Shown: in pieces, positions 11,201-19,993 of the stretch | Position numbering within the stretch: the stretch's first letter is position 1 | How the letters are laid out: every line of letters begins with the position of its first letter | Source: a virus | Lineage: Duplodnaviria > Caudoviricetes | Length of the DNA stretch: 52,876 bases | Virus record (IMG/VR): IMGVR_UViG_3300030330_000436 | Location: 1-52,876 of that record | Strand: one strand, 5' to 3' | Made by a program: the position numbers and the translations under genes | The notes under the pieces: model-generated | The model's database searches: none | What the model was told of the DNA's origin: nothing | Seen by the model: only the letters and a program-made list of their open reading frames with translations

Positions 11201-13073
11201 AACTCTTATGACTATGCGATCTGCCATGGGAGATATGGCAAGACAAAGATTTAATGCTAATGACTTTGATGAATACAGAGTTATAAAAGAACGTATCGAT
11301 CAGTTTGATACAACTTTACAACAAAATGCAGGTATCTTTGGAGAAGATTTTGTAAAAGAGTATGCAAACGCTAGAAAACATTATGCTGATGTATTTGAAC
11401 CATATCTAGATGTAGAAAGCCCGTTTTCTAAAATTGCAAATACAGGAGGTCCAAATAAACGACAACCTGTCCCTCCATCACAACTGTTTCAAATGTTTTT
11501 TACAAGAGGAGATGATACAGCAGCAAACGCTCGACAGTTTGCAAAAGTATTTTCTGACGTAGATGGAAATATTCAACCAGAATCCATTGATGCTTTGCTG
11601 TTTTCAATAACAGATTACATGGTTGATAGTTATAATAATTTAAATTTATCTAGCTTAGACAAGGTTATTAAGGATGTTGTAACTGAATTTGCTCCTATGA
11701 TTAGGCAAGCAGGTAAGGGTAAATATGTCGATACGTTAGAAGATATGGCAAGTGTTTTATCTAAAGATTCAGAGGAAGTAATAAAAGCTAGAGAAGATTT
11801 TGGTAAAGTAGTTCGTACGTATATGAACAATACTATAGAAGAAAGAAAAAAGGTTTTTGAAACAACGATAGTTGCTCAGTTTGGTAATCCTCGTTTTGAT
11901 AAATATGGTATTAATATTACTTCTGGAGTAAACAAACATTTCGATGATTATCAAAACGAATTACTTTCAATAGCTGGAGGCGATCAAAGTATTGCTTTTG
12001 ACAGTTACGAAAATTTTATTGTTAGTTTTAAAAACTCTGATGAATATGCAGATATTATAAAGAAAGTTCCAGTAGAATTACGTGACTCAATGAAAAGCGA
12101 ATTAGATGCTGTATTGTCAAATCCTGAATTTGTGCAAACTTTTCAAAAAATAGGAGAAGGTCCAAGAGTTAAAGGTGGTAATCCAACTATCAAAGTAATT
12201 GTAGAAGATGCAAAAAGCGCACTGGATAAAGGTTTTATGTCTCAATCAGACTACGACAATATTATAGAAAATGCAGGTATTCTCATAGATGATAATTTTA
12301 TGAGGCATATGTTTCCGTATATAAACAGATCAAGACAACAATTACCAGATGCTGCTGCTGCAACGCAAGAAGCTTCTAAAAGTCTATCAATTGCTTTAAG
12401 AAAAATAGCTGGCGATAGAAATATATCTTATACGCGAGTTTTAAACCAACTTAGGTTAAGAGACAGTGAGATTATGTTGGAGCTAAATCGAAGAGGTTTT
12501 ACAGATGTAGATCAAAGGTTAGGGGCTTTACAAAGAAAATTTAAGTTTAATGTAGAACACGAATATGATATGGTTTCTGCTCAAAACTGGTGGGATAAAA
12601 ATAAAGAAGCCTATGCTTTAGTTAAAGATAAAGAACATATGGAGTTTATCGAAACTTTAATGGAGCTAGGCTCTGCTACGAGAGGACTATCTGGTGGAGC
12701 AACTAGAGCAGGAAACGTTCCTAGAGACTATACCATAGCGCAAGGTTTAGGTCGTTTGTATAATACTTTTGGTAAACACGTTGTATCACCTGCATACATT
12801 GGTATGGAAAAAGCTGTAATAGATTATAGAGTAGCTAGAGCTAATATCGTTAAAGATTTATTAACAAACAAAGAGTCTGCTAACGTTCTAAAAAACGTAT
12901 TTGCACAAGGTTTGTTTGAGCCTAGAAAAGTAAGAGATTATATTAAAAGAATGGCTTTTCAATTAGCTTTAACAGGTCATAAGTTAACTAGCCCCAACGC
13001 AGTAGATGAAATATATAAAGAATTAGAAAGAACAGCAAGTGAAGTAAGGAAAGAAAAAGAACAGGAAACATAA
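8283..13073 (+). CDS. Very large putative internal virion protein
   Basis: 1596 aa with Gly/Ala-rich hydrophobic segments. Last large gene of the virion module. Confidence 0.55.
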   Translation: MSENMNNQEMQELFGVDPTEEKRGVLFENIVSGDKAFTIFQNISEDKKADFEKFMQTEGSVGPTTGITTGVEDRALQAVQRDFGDFSGIADPTGMMRTGDALEDIQRSDLDLLESRKTLEGGDVFIPAFRDPEEASEEIFAYQDPFEELTFKTSDERKSLSEQLAARNIRKFEEDSIFDRFADIGISVLGGTSPETGKPRTIRTQAGLASALEIFPEFLVALFQENARSSYGAYQTIFNKTTYSNILDSFKRGFSPLKAERNFLPSNKTAALTFLQGRQDAEAVLDVAAKVLRDNVRKQLGMDDDVSFRRFYNNVRGVIEIPAERETPFTKAAAIGGMLTLSGGVIPAGRTGMQLVRNAGRVYAAAHVAGRTGGIIGKGVKGTIEKLGDTFFNRQVLNVDFGKTYIPDRFYKALTEGESIEHAVKAFQFAGVPRDKAVRMAKNARRDFHSAVFGGVLYSMFDSIFNDELISMGGAFLGSILGNQTAATGRALFSRGFLNAVTRLANVYEGDFRKSIEAFRNSDFKGMNTLRRTFLRVHGLETADINAARRSSFTQGEEVLAKIRSLEEEGNTSQAIRVKNKAMNEGLLDDKGRAHGWFVLGTILESGWTKNNINYGATFHKLVLEGNEQDANQYLASVSRIQQLLDDLYTKAPKAMEKFPLLFEQVTGFAQLQAMRNALMSNLEFSSLEGKVISGALISETEKFQELLSDQAIKLKEALKEFTKAGDSDRSAALQEIKDDINKLISEKNLDFDIERLQKLKRHSETPLNVKNSAIQENIGALKQLSAIENVGNEIVRKERGNANISLLQNGFSVLQKRAKKPFEDIKIKHSDLEMDVSDFVTALPATVENIEPNVRSLLINFGKFDNATMYRLYQKVSTDFFKKQMGLSSREAISTPEQYQVFQTEIQKFINQNPVVGGQGTAEEKKAIFNDVMQNARRIEQSGEPVNYSDLANMVVSNMMVKYEIPAKLNVETLMTMRSAMGDMARQRFNANDFDEYRVIKERIDQFDTTLQQNAGIFGEDFVKEYANARKHYADVFEPYLDVESPFSKIANTGGPNKRQPVPPSQLFQMFFTRGDDTAANARQFAKVFSDVDGNIQPESIDALLFSITDYMVDSYNNLNLSSLDKVIKDVVTEFAPMIRQAGKGKYVDTLEDMASVLSKDSEEVIKAREDFGKVVRTYMNNTIEERKKVFETTIVAQFGNPRFDKYGINITSGVNKHFDDYQNELLSIAGGDQSIAFDSYENFIVSFKNSDEYADIIKKVPVELRDSMKSELDAVLSNPEFVQTFQKIGEGPRVKGGNPTIKVIVEDAKSALDKGFMSQSDYDNIIENAGILIDDNFMRHMFPYINRSRQQLPDAAAATQEASKSLSIALRKIAGDRNISYTRVLNQLRLRDSEIMLELNRRGFTDVDQRLGALQRKFKFNVEHEYDMVSAQNWWDKNKEAYALVKDKEHMEFIETLMELGSATRGLSGGATRAGNVPRDYTIAQGLGRLYNTFGKHVVSPAYIGMEKAVIDYRVARANIVKDLLTNKESANVLKNVFAQGLFEPRKVRDYIKRMAFQLALTGHKLTSPNAVDEIYKELERTASEVRKEKEQET

Positions 13074-13091
13074 CAAGGAGGAAAAATATAA

Positions 13092-13352
13092 ATGCTTGAT
13101 ATGTTATCTACACATTGGCATCAGATAATGTTTATCGGTTTTTTAATTGTGTGGGCGACAAGAAGCAGAGAACAAATCTCAGAGCTACAAAAAGACGTTT
13201 GCACTCTTCAAAAAGAACTAGATAAAAACATTACTTGGACACAAGATCAACAGGAAAGACTTGTTCAACTTAGAGCCGAACAAGACGTGGCAAACAAACA
13301 GATAACAAGTTTGTGGGATTTATTTAATAAGATGAGAGAAAAGATACATTGA
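13092..13352 (+). CDS. Membrane-anchored coiled-coil protein (lysis region)
   Basis: N-terminal hydrophobic stretch followed by heptads. Strong AGGAGG SD. Confidence 0.55.
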   Translation: MLDMLSTHWHQIMFIGFLIVWATRSREQISELQKDVCTLQKELDKNITWTQDQQERLVQLRAEQDVANKQITSLWDLFNKMREKIH

Positions 13353-13362
13353 AAGGAAAGAT

Positions 13363-13635
13363 ATGTACCAAAGCTTTGATGTAGACGGTGACGGCAGCGT
13401 GACTGTCGAAGAAATACAAGCCATCTCTAACGTAGAGAAAACAGACTCTCAACGTAGAATGGCTTGGACGGCTATGATTGTAATGATTGTGTTTACTGCG
13501 CTTTTGTTTCTACCGATCTTTCCAGACGGTCGTATCAAAGCTCTATCTGATCTCTTCGGATTATTTTATGTAGGCATGGCAAGCGTAGTCGGTGCGTATA
13601 TGGGCATGTCTGCTTGGATGAGTAAGAAAAAATGA
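13363..13635 (+). CDS. Two-TM holin-like protein with an N-terminal EF-hand-like loop
   Basis: DVDGDGSVTVEE followed by two hydrophobic helices and a KKK tail. Confidence 0.55.
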   Translation: MYQSFDVDGDGSVTVEEIQAISNVEKTDSQRRMAWTAMIVMIVFTALLFLPIFPDGRIKALSDLFGLFYVGMASVVGAYMGMSAWMSKKK

Positions 13636-14129
13636 TATCACTTATAGGAACACTTATCGGTTTTGGTACATCAATTGTACCTGAAGTTTTAGGGTACTTC
13701 AAACAAAAACAAGCAAACGAGCAGGAGCTACGAATGCTTGAGGCAAAAGCGAAGTACGCTTCACAACTTTCAGAATTACGTATTAAGGAACTTGACGCAG
13801 AAGCTGAGATACAAGAAACAAAGAGTATTTATGAACATGATAGAACTATCGACTCTGGCCCTATTATCAATAGTCTTCGGGGTTCTGTGCGCCCTGTCAT
13901 TACTTATCTGTTCTTTCTAATGTTTGCAGCAGTCAAAGGCACGTTAATCTATGCCATGATTACTACACAAAACATGGATTGGACTATCGCAATACAGATG
14001 GCGTGGGACAACGAGACAGCAGCTATCTTTAGTGCTATTATAGCCTTCTGGTTTGGTAATCGTGCAATGGGCAAAGCTAGAGCGCATATCTATTCAGACA
14101 AACCTAATTCATCAATCGCATCTAAATAA
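13632..14129 (+). CDS. Holin (3TM, gene-transfer-release-like family)
   Basis: LRGSVRPVITY and IIAFWFGNR motifs with hydrophobic segments. Confidence 0.7.
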   Translation: MISLIGTLIGFGTSIVPEVLGYFKQKQANEQELRMLEAKAKYASQLSELRIKELDAEAEIQETKSIYEHDRTIDSGPIINSLRGSVRPVITYLFFLMFAAVKGTLIYAMITTQNMDWTIAIQMAWDNETAAIFSAIIAFWFGNRAMGKARAHIYSDKPNSSIASK

Positions 14130-14311
14130 TCTTTGGTAATAACATCTAAATCTTTCATATAGTTTTTAAGAGTGGATAAATAAACGTAGTCTGGATATTC
14201 TTTTTCAAACAAATCTACAAGGTCTGTAACGGGAACATTGTTGTACGAAATAGCAATGTTCCCGTCTTCTCTTAGAGCCACGTTGACTTGAGAGATTACA
14301 GACTGCTTCAT
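14090..14311 (-). CDS. Hypothetical protein
   Basis: 73-aa ORF coupled to the nrdJ stop (ATGA overlap). Confidence 0.6.
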   Translation of the reverse strand: MKQSVISQVNVALREDGNIAISYNNVPVTDLVDLFEKEYPDYVYLSTLKNYMKDLDVITKDYLDAIDELGLSE

Positions 14312-16236
14312 GCGCCGATGTCCACGATCTCACAGACGCCGCCCGTACAGGCTAGTTCCTGCGATCCGCTGGTCGTGTCACCTCGCTCAAACATCTGTAG
14401 CTCTGTCCAATCAATGTCCGGTGGCATGGCTTCTAAAGCCTTCTCATACGCTGTCTGATCGATGTCTTGATAGGGAGCTTGCTTGTACGAGTGATCTGAG
14501 AAAGGCAGAAAGGATATGCCTGACAGAGCGTCAAAGTTGTTCCAGCACCATGCGCCTACATCTAACCACTCATGCTCTTTAACTGAGATCGTAACAGATG
14601 GTTTGTGTTCACAATAGTTCTCTGCAATCTTATGCCACAGTTCTAGCTGTTCGATGGCAGACATATCGTGACGACACACAGCACCTTCTGGGCTTTTCAT
14701 AGGAAATGAAAACACCGTAACACTTTCAGGTGCCGTAAAGTCTGGCTCGTTGGGTATCTGTTTATCTTTCATAAACATCGTAAGAGGGTCTTTGTTATCG
14801 CCACGTACCGTACGAATGTAGTACGGATTGTGTCTAGCGTGAATACCTGACGCAGCGTCCACAAGTTGCGACACTGTGCCTGATGGTTTGACACACGTAA
14901 CAGCAGCACTCTGATTGATACCAATCTCTTCGCAAAGCTTCTTGTTGGTCTTTACAGCTACGTTGCGTAGCTCTTGCAGCGTACCCTCACTGGCCTCGTA
15001 TATAGCAGGACAGTCCATAATACCCGTAAGAGACACACCTAGCAGACGTTCTTCCTCTGTTGTGTCCTTCCAACGCTTACGAAGATAATTAAAGTTAGTT
15101 AACGTAGCTTGAAACGTACCAAGAATAGTAGCAAGGCGAACTTTTTCACGTAACGTATCTAGCGTATCGTCTGCACGGCAGATTACCTCTGATAGATTAC
15201 AGAACTGATATGGACGTAATATAATCTCACAACAGGGGTTTGTACCAAAGTCTATATTGCCATCACGCCGCCCATTTGAGGCGGCTTTTTGCTGTGCGGA
15301 TACACGATTAAAAATACCACGCTCACCACTTTTGCTTTCGTACAGAGAAAGCCACTCCTTCATAAAGATACCAATATCCGGTTTCTCTGTGTAGCATACA
15401 GAGTTGTTAGCAAGCGCACGTTGCTGATTGTCTACCCACCACTCACCGCTCTTTGCCATACGCATACGGTCATCGTTTAGATTAGACAAAGATATAAGAG
15501 CAGACCTACGAACACCACCCACAACGACTACCTGTCCTATCTTACACATGATGTCGTGACATTCTATAGAGGTTAGCTTACGTCCTTGTGCTTTACAAAA
15601 TGTTTGAATAACAAAATCAAACAACTCCTCAAGAGGCTCTGGCCCAGAGGCGCGGCCACCAAATGTTTTCAGACGCTCACCAGCGGGGCGTACTTTTGAT
15701 GTGTCTATTTTAGGAATACGGTTTGTATACAGTAAAGAAATAAGATCACGTAATGCTCTGGCCCAACCCTCTTTGGAGTCAGCTACGGATATAGCGTCCT
15801 CTGTGTGTTCAAAGGTTACATCTGGAACAGTAGGAAGTTTCTCTGTGTACTGTTCTTCTACACTGAACCCTACGCCTGTACCATTCATAAGAATGTACAA
15901 CGCTTCGTCAAAGGACCGTGGAGAGTCGATAGGAAGATATGAACAGTTGTATCCTGCAACATGCTCACGCCTTAATGCAGGACCAGCAGTCATTAAAGCT
16001 CTCATGGAACCTAACACTTTTAGATTAAGCATGGAGTCACGTAACTCTGCATACGTTTTATTAGAAACATCGTAGTTATAGCTTTCGTACAGATGTTCCT
16101 TTATAAACATCATAAACCGATCTACGGTTTCTTCCCAAGTCTCTCGACGCTGTTCGTCATCAAGCCAACGTGAGTATCGAGACATATGTATAAAGGCCTG
16201 ATAGTTGGTTGGCAGGGTTACTTCATTAGATGTCAT
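14308..16236 (-). CDS. nrdJ: Class II (adenosylcobalamin-dependent) ribonucleotide reductase
   Basis: SRYSRW, YNCSY, VVVGGVRRSA, GTNPCCEI, TCVKPSGTVSQL and C-terminal ACTGGVCE motifs. No beta-subunit gene nearby. Confidence 0.93.
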   Translation of the reverse strand: MTSNEVTLPTNYQAFIHMSRYSRWLDDEQRRETWEETVDRFMMFIKEHLYESYNYDVSNKTYAELRDSMLNLKVLGSMRALMTAGPALRREHVAGYNCSYLPIDSPRSFDEALYILMNGTGVGFSVEEQYTEKLPTVPDVTFEHTEDAISVADSKEGWARALRDLISLLYTNRIPKIDTSKVRPAGERLKTFGGRASGPEPLEELFDFVIQTFCKAQGRKLTSIECHDIMCKIGQVVVVGGVRRSALISLSNLNDDRMRMAKSGEWWVDNQQRALANNSVCYTEKPDIGIFMKEWLSLYESKSGERGIFNRVSAQQKAASNGRRDGNIDFGTNPCCEIILRPYQFCNLSEVICRADDTLDTLREKVRLATILGTFQATLTNFNYLRKRWKDTTEEERLLGVSLTGIMDCPAIYEASEGTLQELRNVAVKTNKKLCEEIGINQSAAVTCVKPSGTVSQLVDAASGIHARHNPYYIRTVRGDNKDPLTMFMKDKQIPNEPDFTAPESVTVFSFPMKSPEGAVCRHDMSAIEQLELWHKIAENYCEHKPSVTISVKEHEWLDVGAWCWNNFDALSGISFLPFSDHSYKQAPYQDIDQTAYEKALEAMPPDIDWTELQMFERGDTTSGSQELACTGGVCEIVDIGA

Positions 16237-16450
16237 CTTCTACTTCTCCAATTAGTTTATCAAGATACCACCGTGCTTTCTTTAAATCAACATCAGGGCA
16301 ACCTTTATGTTTATAACGAATAAGATATTTTAAAATATTACCTTTGAGATAACCTTTAAACTCTTCTGCTGTCATAGAGGCAGATATAATATCAATCGCC
16401 TCTAAAGAGTTGGTATTATAATGTTGTGGATGATTAATTTGGTCGTCCAT
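16226..16450 (-). CDS. DUF3310 family protein
   Basis: INHPQHY...EAIDII...GYLKGNILKYLIRYKHKG...DLKKARWYL. Confidence 0.88.
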   Translation of the reverse strand: MDDQINHPQHYNTNSLEAIDIISASMTAEEFKGYLKGNILKYLIRYKHKGCPDVDLKKARWYLDKLIGEVEDDI

Positions 16451-16793
16451 TTGGCTTTTTCTTATGCTCCATAAAATTTACAATGTTATCAGTATCAGCG
16501 TTCTCTTCTAGATCATTGTAGTAGTTTTTCATAATCATGTCAACGCCCTCATCGAACACATACATGGGAGAGTTTGCCATGATAGAGAACAGACCGTTAG
16601 CTACAACAAAAGACGTAGACTTGTTTCCTATATCAGCGTCAGCAGTGTCTTCACTGTCTGTTGTGTCAAATATCATTACTTTAAAGAACCCGTGCTTTTC
16701 AAAATCTTCTTTTGTTTCTGAGTCTTCAAGAACGATATACACTCTACCCTTTTTTAAGTTTTTAGTTTCTTCCTCGAACTCGCTTTGATCCAT
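16434..16793 (-). CDS. Hypothetical acidic protein
   Basis: 119-aa ORF overlapping its neighbours in the operon. Confidence 0.6.
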   Translation of the reverse strand: MDQSEFEEETKNLKKGRVYIVLEDSETKEDFEKHGFFKVMIFDTTDSEDTADADIGNKSTSFVVANGLFSIMANSPMYVFDEGVDMIMKNYYNDLEENADTDNIVNFMEHKKKPNGRPN

Positions 16794-17155
16794 TCTTTAG
16801 GTATCCTTTCTTCTGCAAATTGAAACCCATGTTCTTCGCACCAAGAGGCGTATGTCGTAGAAGACTTTCTATTTATTTTAGTGAACGGGTTCATAAAAAC
16901 AAAACGTATATCAACATCAGGATGCTGTTCTTTAATCAATAGATGTTTTACTCTATCAGCAACGTTAAAAAATCCTTTTGTCTCAACAAATAAATCAAAC
17001 TCAGGCATATAAAAATCAGGAGTATAAGTCTTAATTTTAGGTTGGTAAGAAAATTTATGTTTTTCATAATCGAAAACTATCCTACGTTGTTTTAAATCAG
17101 CGGCGAACCGTCTTTCAAACCTTGATTTATATTTGTATTCCGGTATGTCACTCAT
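16754..17155 (-). CDS. T7 endonuclease I-like Holliday junction resolvase
   Basis: YKSRFE...YTPDF...VETKG...KHLLIKEQHPDVDIRFVF...TTYASWCEEHGF. Start moved to ATG 17155 (ATGA overlap). Confidence 0.9.
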   Translation of the reverse strand: MSDIPEYKYKSRFERRFAADLKQRRIVFDYEKHKFSYQPKIKTYTPDFYMPEFDLFVETKGFFNVADRVKHLLIKEQHPDVDIRFVFMNPFTKINRKSSTTYASWCEEHGFQFAEERIPKEWIKASSRKKLKT

Positions 17156-17547
17156 GTTCCATATATCCTTAAACAAGATGCAAGACTTTTTCTAAAGTAT
17201 TTATAAGAACGTGGACAGAACTCTAGAAGTTTATCTTCTCTGCATTCATCTAAATCTGACTTCACTATAACGACTATTTTATTTTCACGCAACAGGTCTT
17301 CCACAGAACCTATATCTTCTTTTACTTTTATTCTGTTGACATCGAACTCATCGTCTGTCCAGTAGGCTCCCCGCTCATCGCCGGGAGCCTTTTTGATACG
17401 CAGTCCTATACCTCTTTTGTGTCTGGACAGAAAGACTGCGCCCTGACTTACTGGTTGTCTTTTATCATTATCTAGAAAGACATAATGCACACCTTTGTTG
17501 ATGTCTACGTCTTGTGTAGATAATATCTGTTGCATTAACAACGGCAT
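17152..17547 (-). CDS. Hypothetical protein, possibly a degenerate macrodomain-like phage family
   Basis: YVFLDN..RQ...QGA...GIGLRIKKAPG...AYWTDD loosely recalls the FGDN..R.G.GGQA...AIGI.TKK.P phage family. Function uncertain. Confidence 0.45.
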   Translation of the reverse strand: MPLLMQQILSTQDVDINKGVHYVFLDNDKRQPVSQGAVFLSRHKRGIGLRIKKAPGDERGAYWTDDEFDVNRIKVKEDIGSVEDLLRENKIVVIVKSDLDECREDKLLEFCPRSYKYFRKSLASCLRIYGT

Positions 17548-19127
17548 TAAACTAGCTCATTGTTGTGTGACATGACCTCGCGAAGGCGGTTAGTATCATT
17601 ATCAAAGAACAACGTACTACACAGTCCTGTCATACCGCTAAAACGGTTTTTAATGACACGCACCTTTGTAGTGTTACGCTCTACGGGACAGTCAGCTTGT
17701 CCATTACGTTCCAAGCCTAGAACAAGATCACTTAGCTGTCCGATGCTATGAGAACCACGCAGATGGTTCAGAGATAGCTCCTTACCTTCCTCATGCGATC
17801 CATCCGACACTCTGCGTAGGTGGGTAGCTATAATCATGCAGATACCTAGCTCCTGCACTAGCGTACGCAGTTTAGTCATACACTCGTCAATCGTACGCCT
17901 TTCATCAAAGCCGTGTTCCTGTGAGCTAACAAGAATGCTGATATGATCTAGTACGATATACTTACACTTTAGAACCTTTGCCATGTAGCGCATACGTCCA
18001 ATGATATTTTGTATGGAGTTGCTACCAAAGTGGTCAAAGAAAAAGATACGTCCACTACCTACAGTATCATCAAAGGCTTTGCGATACTCTTCCTGTGTAT
18101 ACTCTGTATCAGGTAGGTGGTAAGGCTTACTGCCGTGTATGCCCATCAAAGCCTTTGCAGTAGTCTTTACGGACTCTTCAAGAAACATTAAGCCTATGTT
18201 CTCTTCTGTAGATGAAAACACATGATACACAAGCTCACGTAGAAAGCCGCTCTTGCCTATACCTGTACCAGCACAGACAGTTATAAGCTCACCCGGACGC
18301 ATACCGTATGTATATTTGTTCAGTCCAGCATAGGGATACGTTGCGATAGACTTCTCTGGACCCTTGTTGATCTCATCCCATAAGTCTGTGCCTGACACAA
18401 TACCTTCTGGAGTGTGTGTCGTAGCGTTCCACCAATCTTGTTTAAACTGCGCTACAGCACTCTTTTCAAGATATTCGTTAGGGTCTTTGTATCGCATGTT
18501 GACAACAGAAGCTTTTGGTGCCAGTAGCTCTGCTGCTTTTCTAGCTGCTGCTTGACCTACCTCATCGTTATCAAAGCAAATACGAATGTTATCGAACTGA
18601 TTTAGAAAATCATAGTTCTCATTAATGTCCTTCTCTACAGATTGTGCGCCAGACCTTATGGATACAACAGGCCACTGACTGTCGAACATTTGATAGACAG
18701 ACATAGCGTCTATCTCGCCTTCAACTAACGTAATGTATTTACCACCGTTACCGAATATTTGCTGACCAAAAAGACCACAGTCTGCGATGCTGCCCTCTGT
18801 AAAGAACTGCTTATTATTTGTTCTTATTTTGTTGGCAACGTGTGAATTACTTTTATTGTAGTAAGGGTAAATATGCTCACCCTTGTTATTGAGCGTAACG
18901 CCGTATCGAAAACATACATCTTTTCGTATATTTCGGTCGTTTATCGAGTCTGAATACCCTTGAGATAGTTCAAGGTTGTTGTCAAACGGCACGATATTTT
19001 CTCCTTTGTGAGTAGTATTGCAAGAGAAGCAATGAGTACCCCCATCCATATAAACAGAAAGGGCATCGCTAGAACCACAGTCGGGGCAGGGTTGATGTGT
19101 CTTGACATATTTTGCATTCGCTGTCAC
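17547..19127 (-). CDS. T7 gp4-like DNA primase-helicase
   Basis: Zn finger CPDCGSSD...HCFSC, TOPRIM EGEID and FDND, Walker A AGTGIGKS, LDHISI, LRGS and KNRFSG. Confidence 0.95.
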   Translation of the reverse strand: MTANAKYVKTHQPCPDCGSSDALSVYMDGGTHCFSCNTTHKGENIVPFDNNLELSQGYSDSINDRNIRKDVCFRYGVTLNNKGEHIYPYYNKSNSHVANKIRTNNKQFFTEGSIADCGLFGQQIFGNGGKYITLVEGEIDAMSVYQMFDSQWPVVSIRSGAQSVEKDINENYDFLNQFDNIRICFDNDEVGQAAARKAAELLAPKASVVNMRYKDPNEYLEKSAVAQFKQDWWNATTHTPEGIVSGTDLWDEINKGPEKSIATYPYAGLNKYTYGMRPGELITVCAGTGIGKSGFLRELVYHVFSSTEENIGLMFLEESVKTTAKALMGIHGSKPYHLPDTEYTQEEYRKAFDDTVGSGRIFFFDHFGSNSIQNIIGRMRYMAKVLKCKYIVLDHISILVSSQEHGFDERRTIDECMTKLRTLVQELGICMIIATHLRRVSDGSHEEGKELSLNHLRGSHSIGQLSDLVLGLERNGQADCPVERNTTKVRVIKNRFSGMTGLCSTLFFDNDTNRLREVMSHNNELV

Positions 19128-19129
19128 CT

Positions 19130-19978
19130 TTAAAACAACTCCTCTACTTTCGGCTCTGCTACGACTTTTGTAAAGTATTTAATACCGTTAGCATATTTGA
19201 ATTTACGCAATCCTTTACCATCATTCGCATCCTGCCAGCATCTAGTTTTAAAATCACAATAGCGACATGGAAAATCAATAATGTAATTACCACTAGTTCC
19301 CATTGGAACGGGATCGTAGCATTTCTCAGGCGCATCGTCAAGGTCGATAACTTTCTTGAGGTGGTCGATACGAGCCGATGCGTCGATCTTTGTAAGTTCG
19401 TCAACCATCAACAAAGCGATCTCTCCGGTGCTTTTATCGTATGCTAGAAAGCCACCTTCGTCACAATCTTCAGCTTCCATGTATCCTGATATTTGTCCGA
19501 TATACCCAAAAGCGTCTTCCTCAAACAATGTACCTTGTTTAAACTTTTTAAATCCTTTGTTTGATGCAGATTTAACATCAATAATACAGCCATCGATCTT
19601 AGCATCAATGTGTCCTTTTATACCTCGCAGATTAACTTCTTTCTGTTCATCTTCGACAGTATGTCCAGACTCTGCAACAAGAAACAAAAGCAAAGCTTCT
19701 ACAATATTACCATAAAAGAATTTTAAAAGTAACTCTGGTGGATGTTTTATCGGATCAGAATGCATCTCATACCAAAGTTTACGATCTTCTCTGCCTATAT
19801 TGGACATACGAAGCTTTGATGAACGTGTACGCTCTTCAGGATCAAGAAAACGTAAAGCTTCTTCTTTTAAAGTATCAACAAATTTCTGTAAATTTTTAGG
19901 ATCAACTTTGTCTTTACCATCAGTAATTACATTACGAACATCTGGTAGCAGTGTGTATATTGATTTTTCATGTGACAT
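19130..19978 (-). CDS. Cas4-like PD-(D/E)XK exonuclease
   Basis: LRMSNIG...RKLWY, GHIDAKID...DVKSAS, YIGQISGY and C-terminal CRYCDFKTRC. Confidence 0.85.
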   Translation of the reverse strand: MSHEKSIYTLLPDVRNVITDGKDKVDPKNLQKFVDTLKEEALRFLDPEERTRSSKLRMSNIGREDRKLWYEMHSDPIKHPPELLLKFFYGNIVEALLLFLVAESGHTVEDEQKEVNLRGIKGHIDAKIDGCIIDVKSASNKGFKKFKQGTLFEEDAFGYIGQISGYMEAEDCDEGGFLAYDKSTGEIALLMVDELTKIDASARIDHLKKVIDLDDAPEKCYDPVPMGTSGNYIIDFPCRYCDFKTRCWQDANDGKGLRKFKYANGIKYFTKVVAEPKVEELF

Positions 19979-19993
19979 AAATAATCCTTTATA

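Noticed and set aside
8283-13073. Virion RNA polymerase (N4-like) or T7-type RNAP
   Set aside because: I could not identify single-subunit RNAP motifs or a DxDGD multi-subunit motif. A remote fold cannot be excluded without structure prediction.
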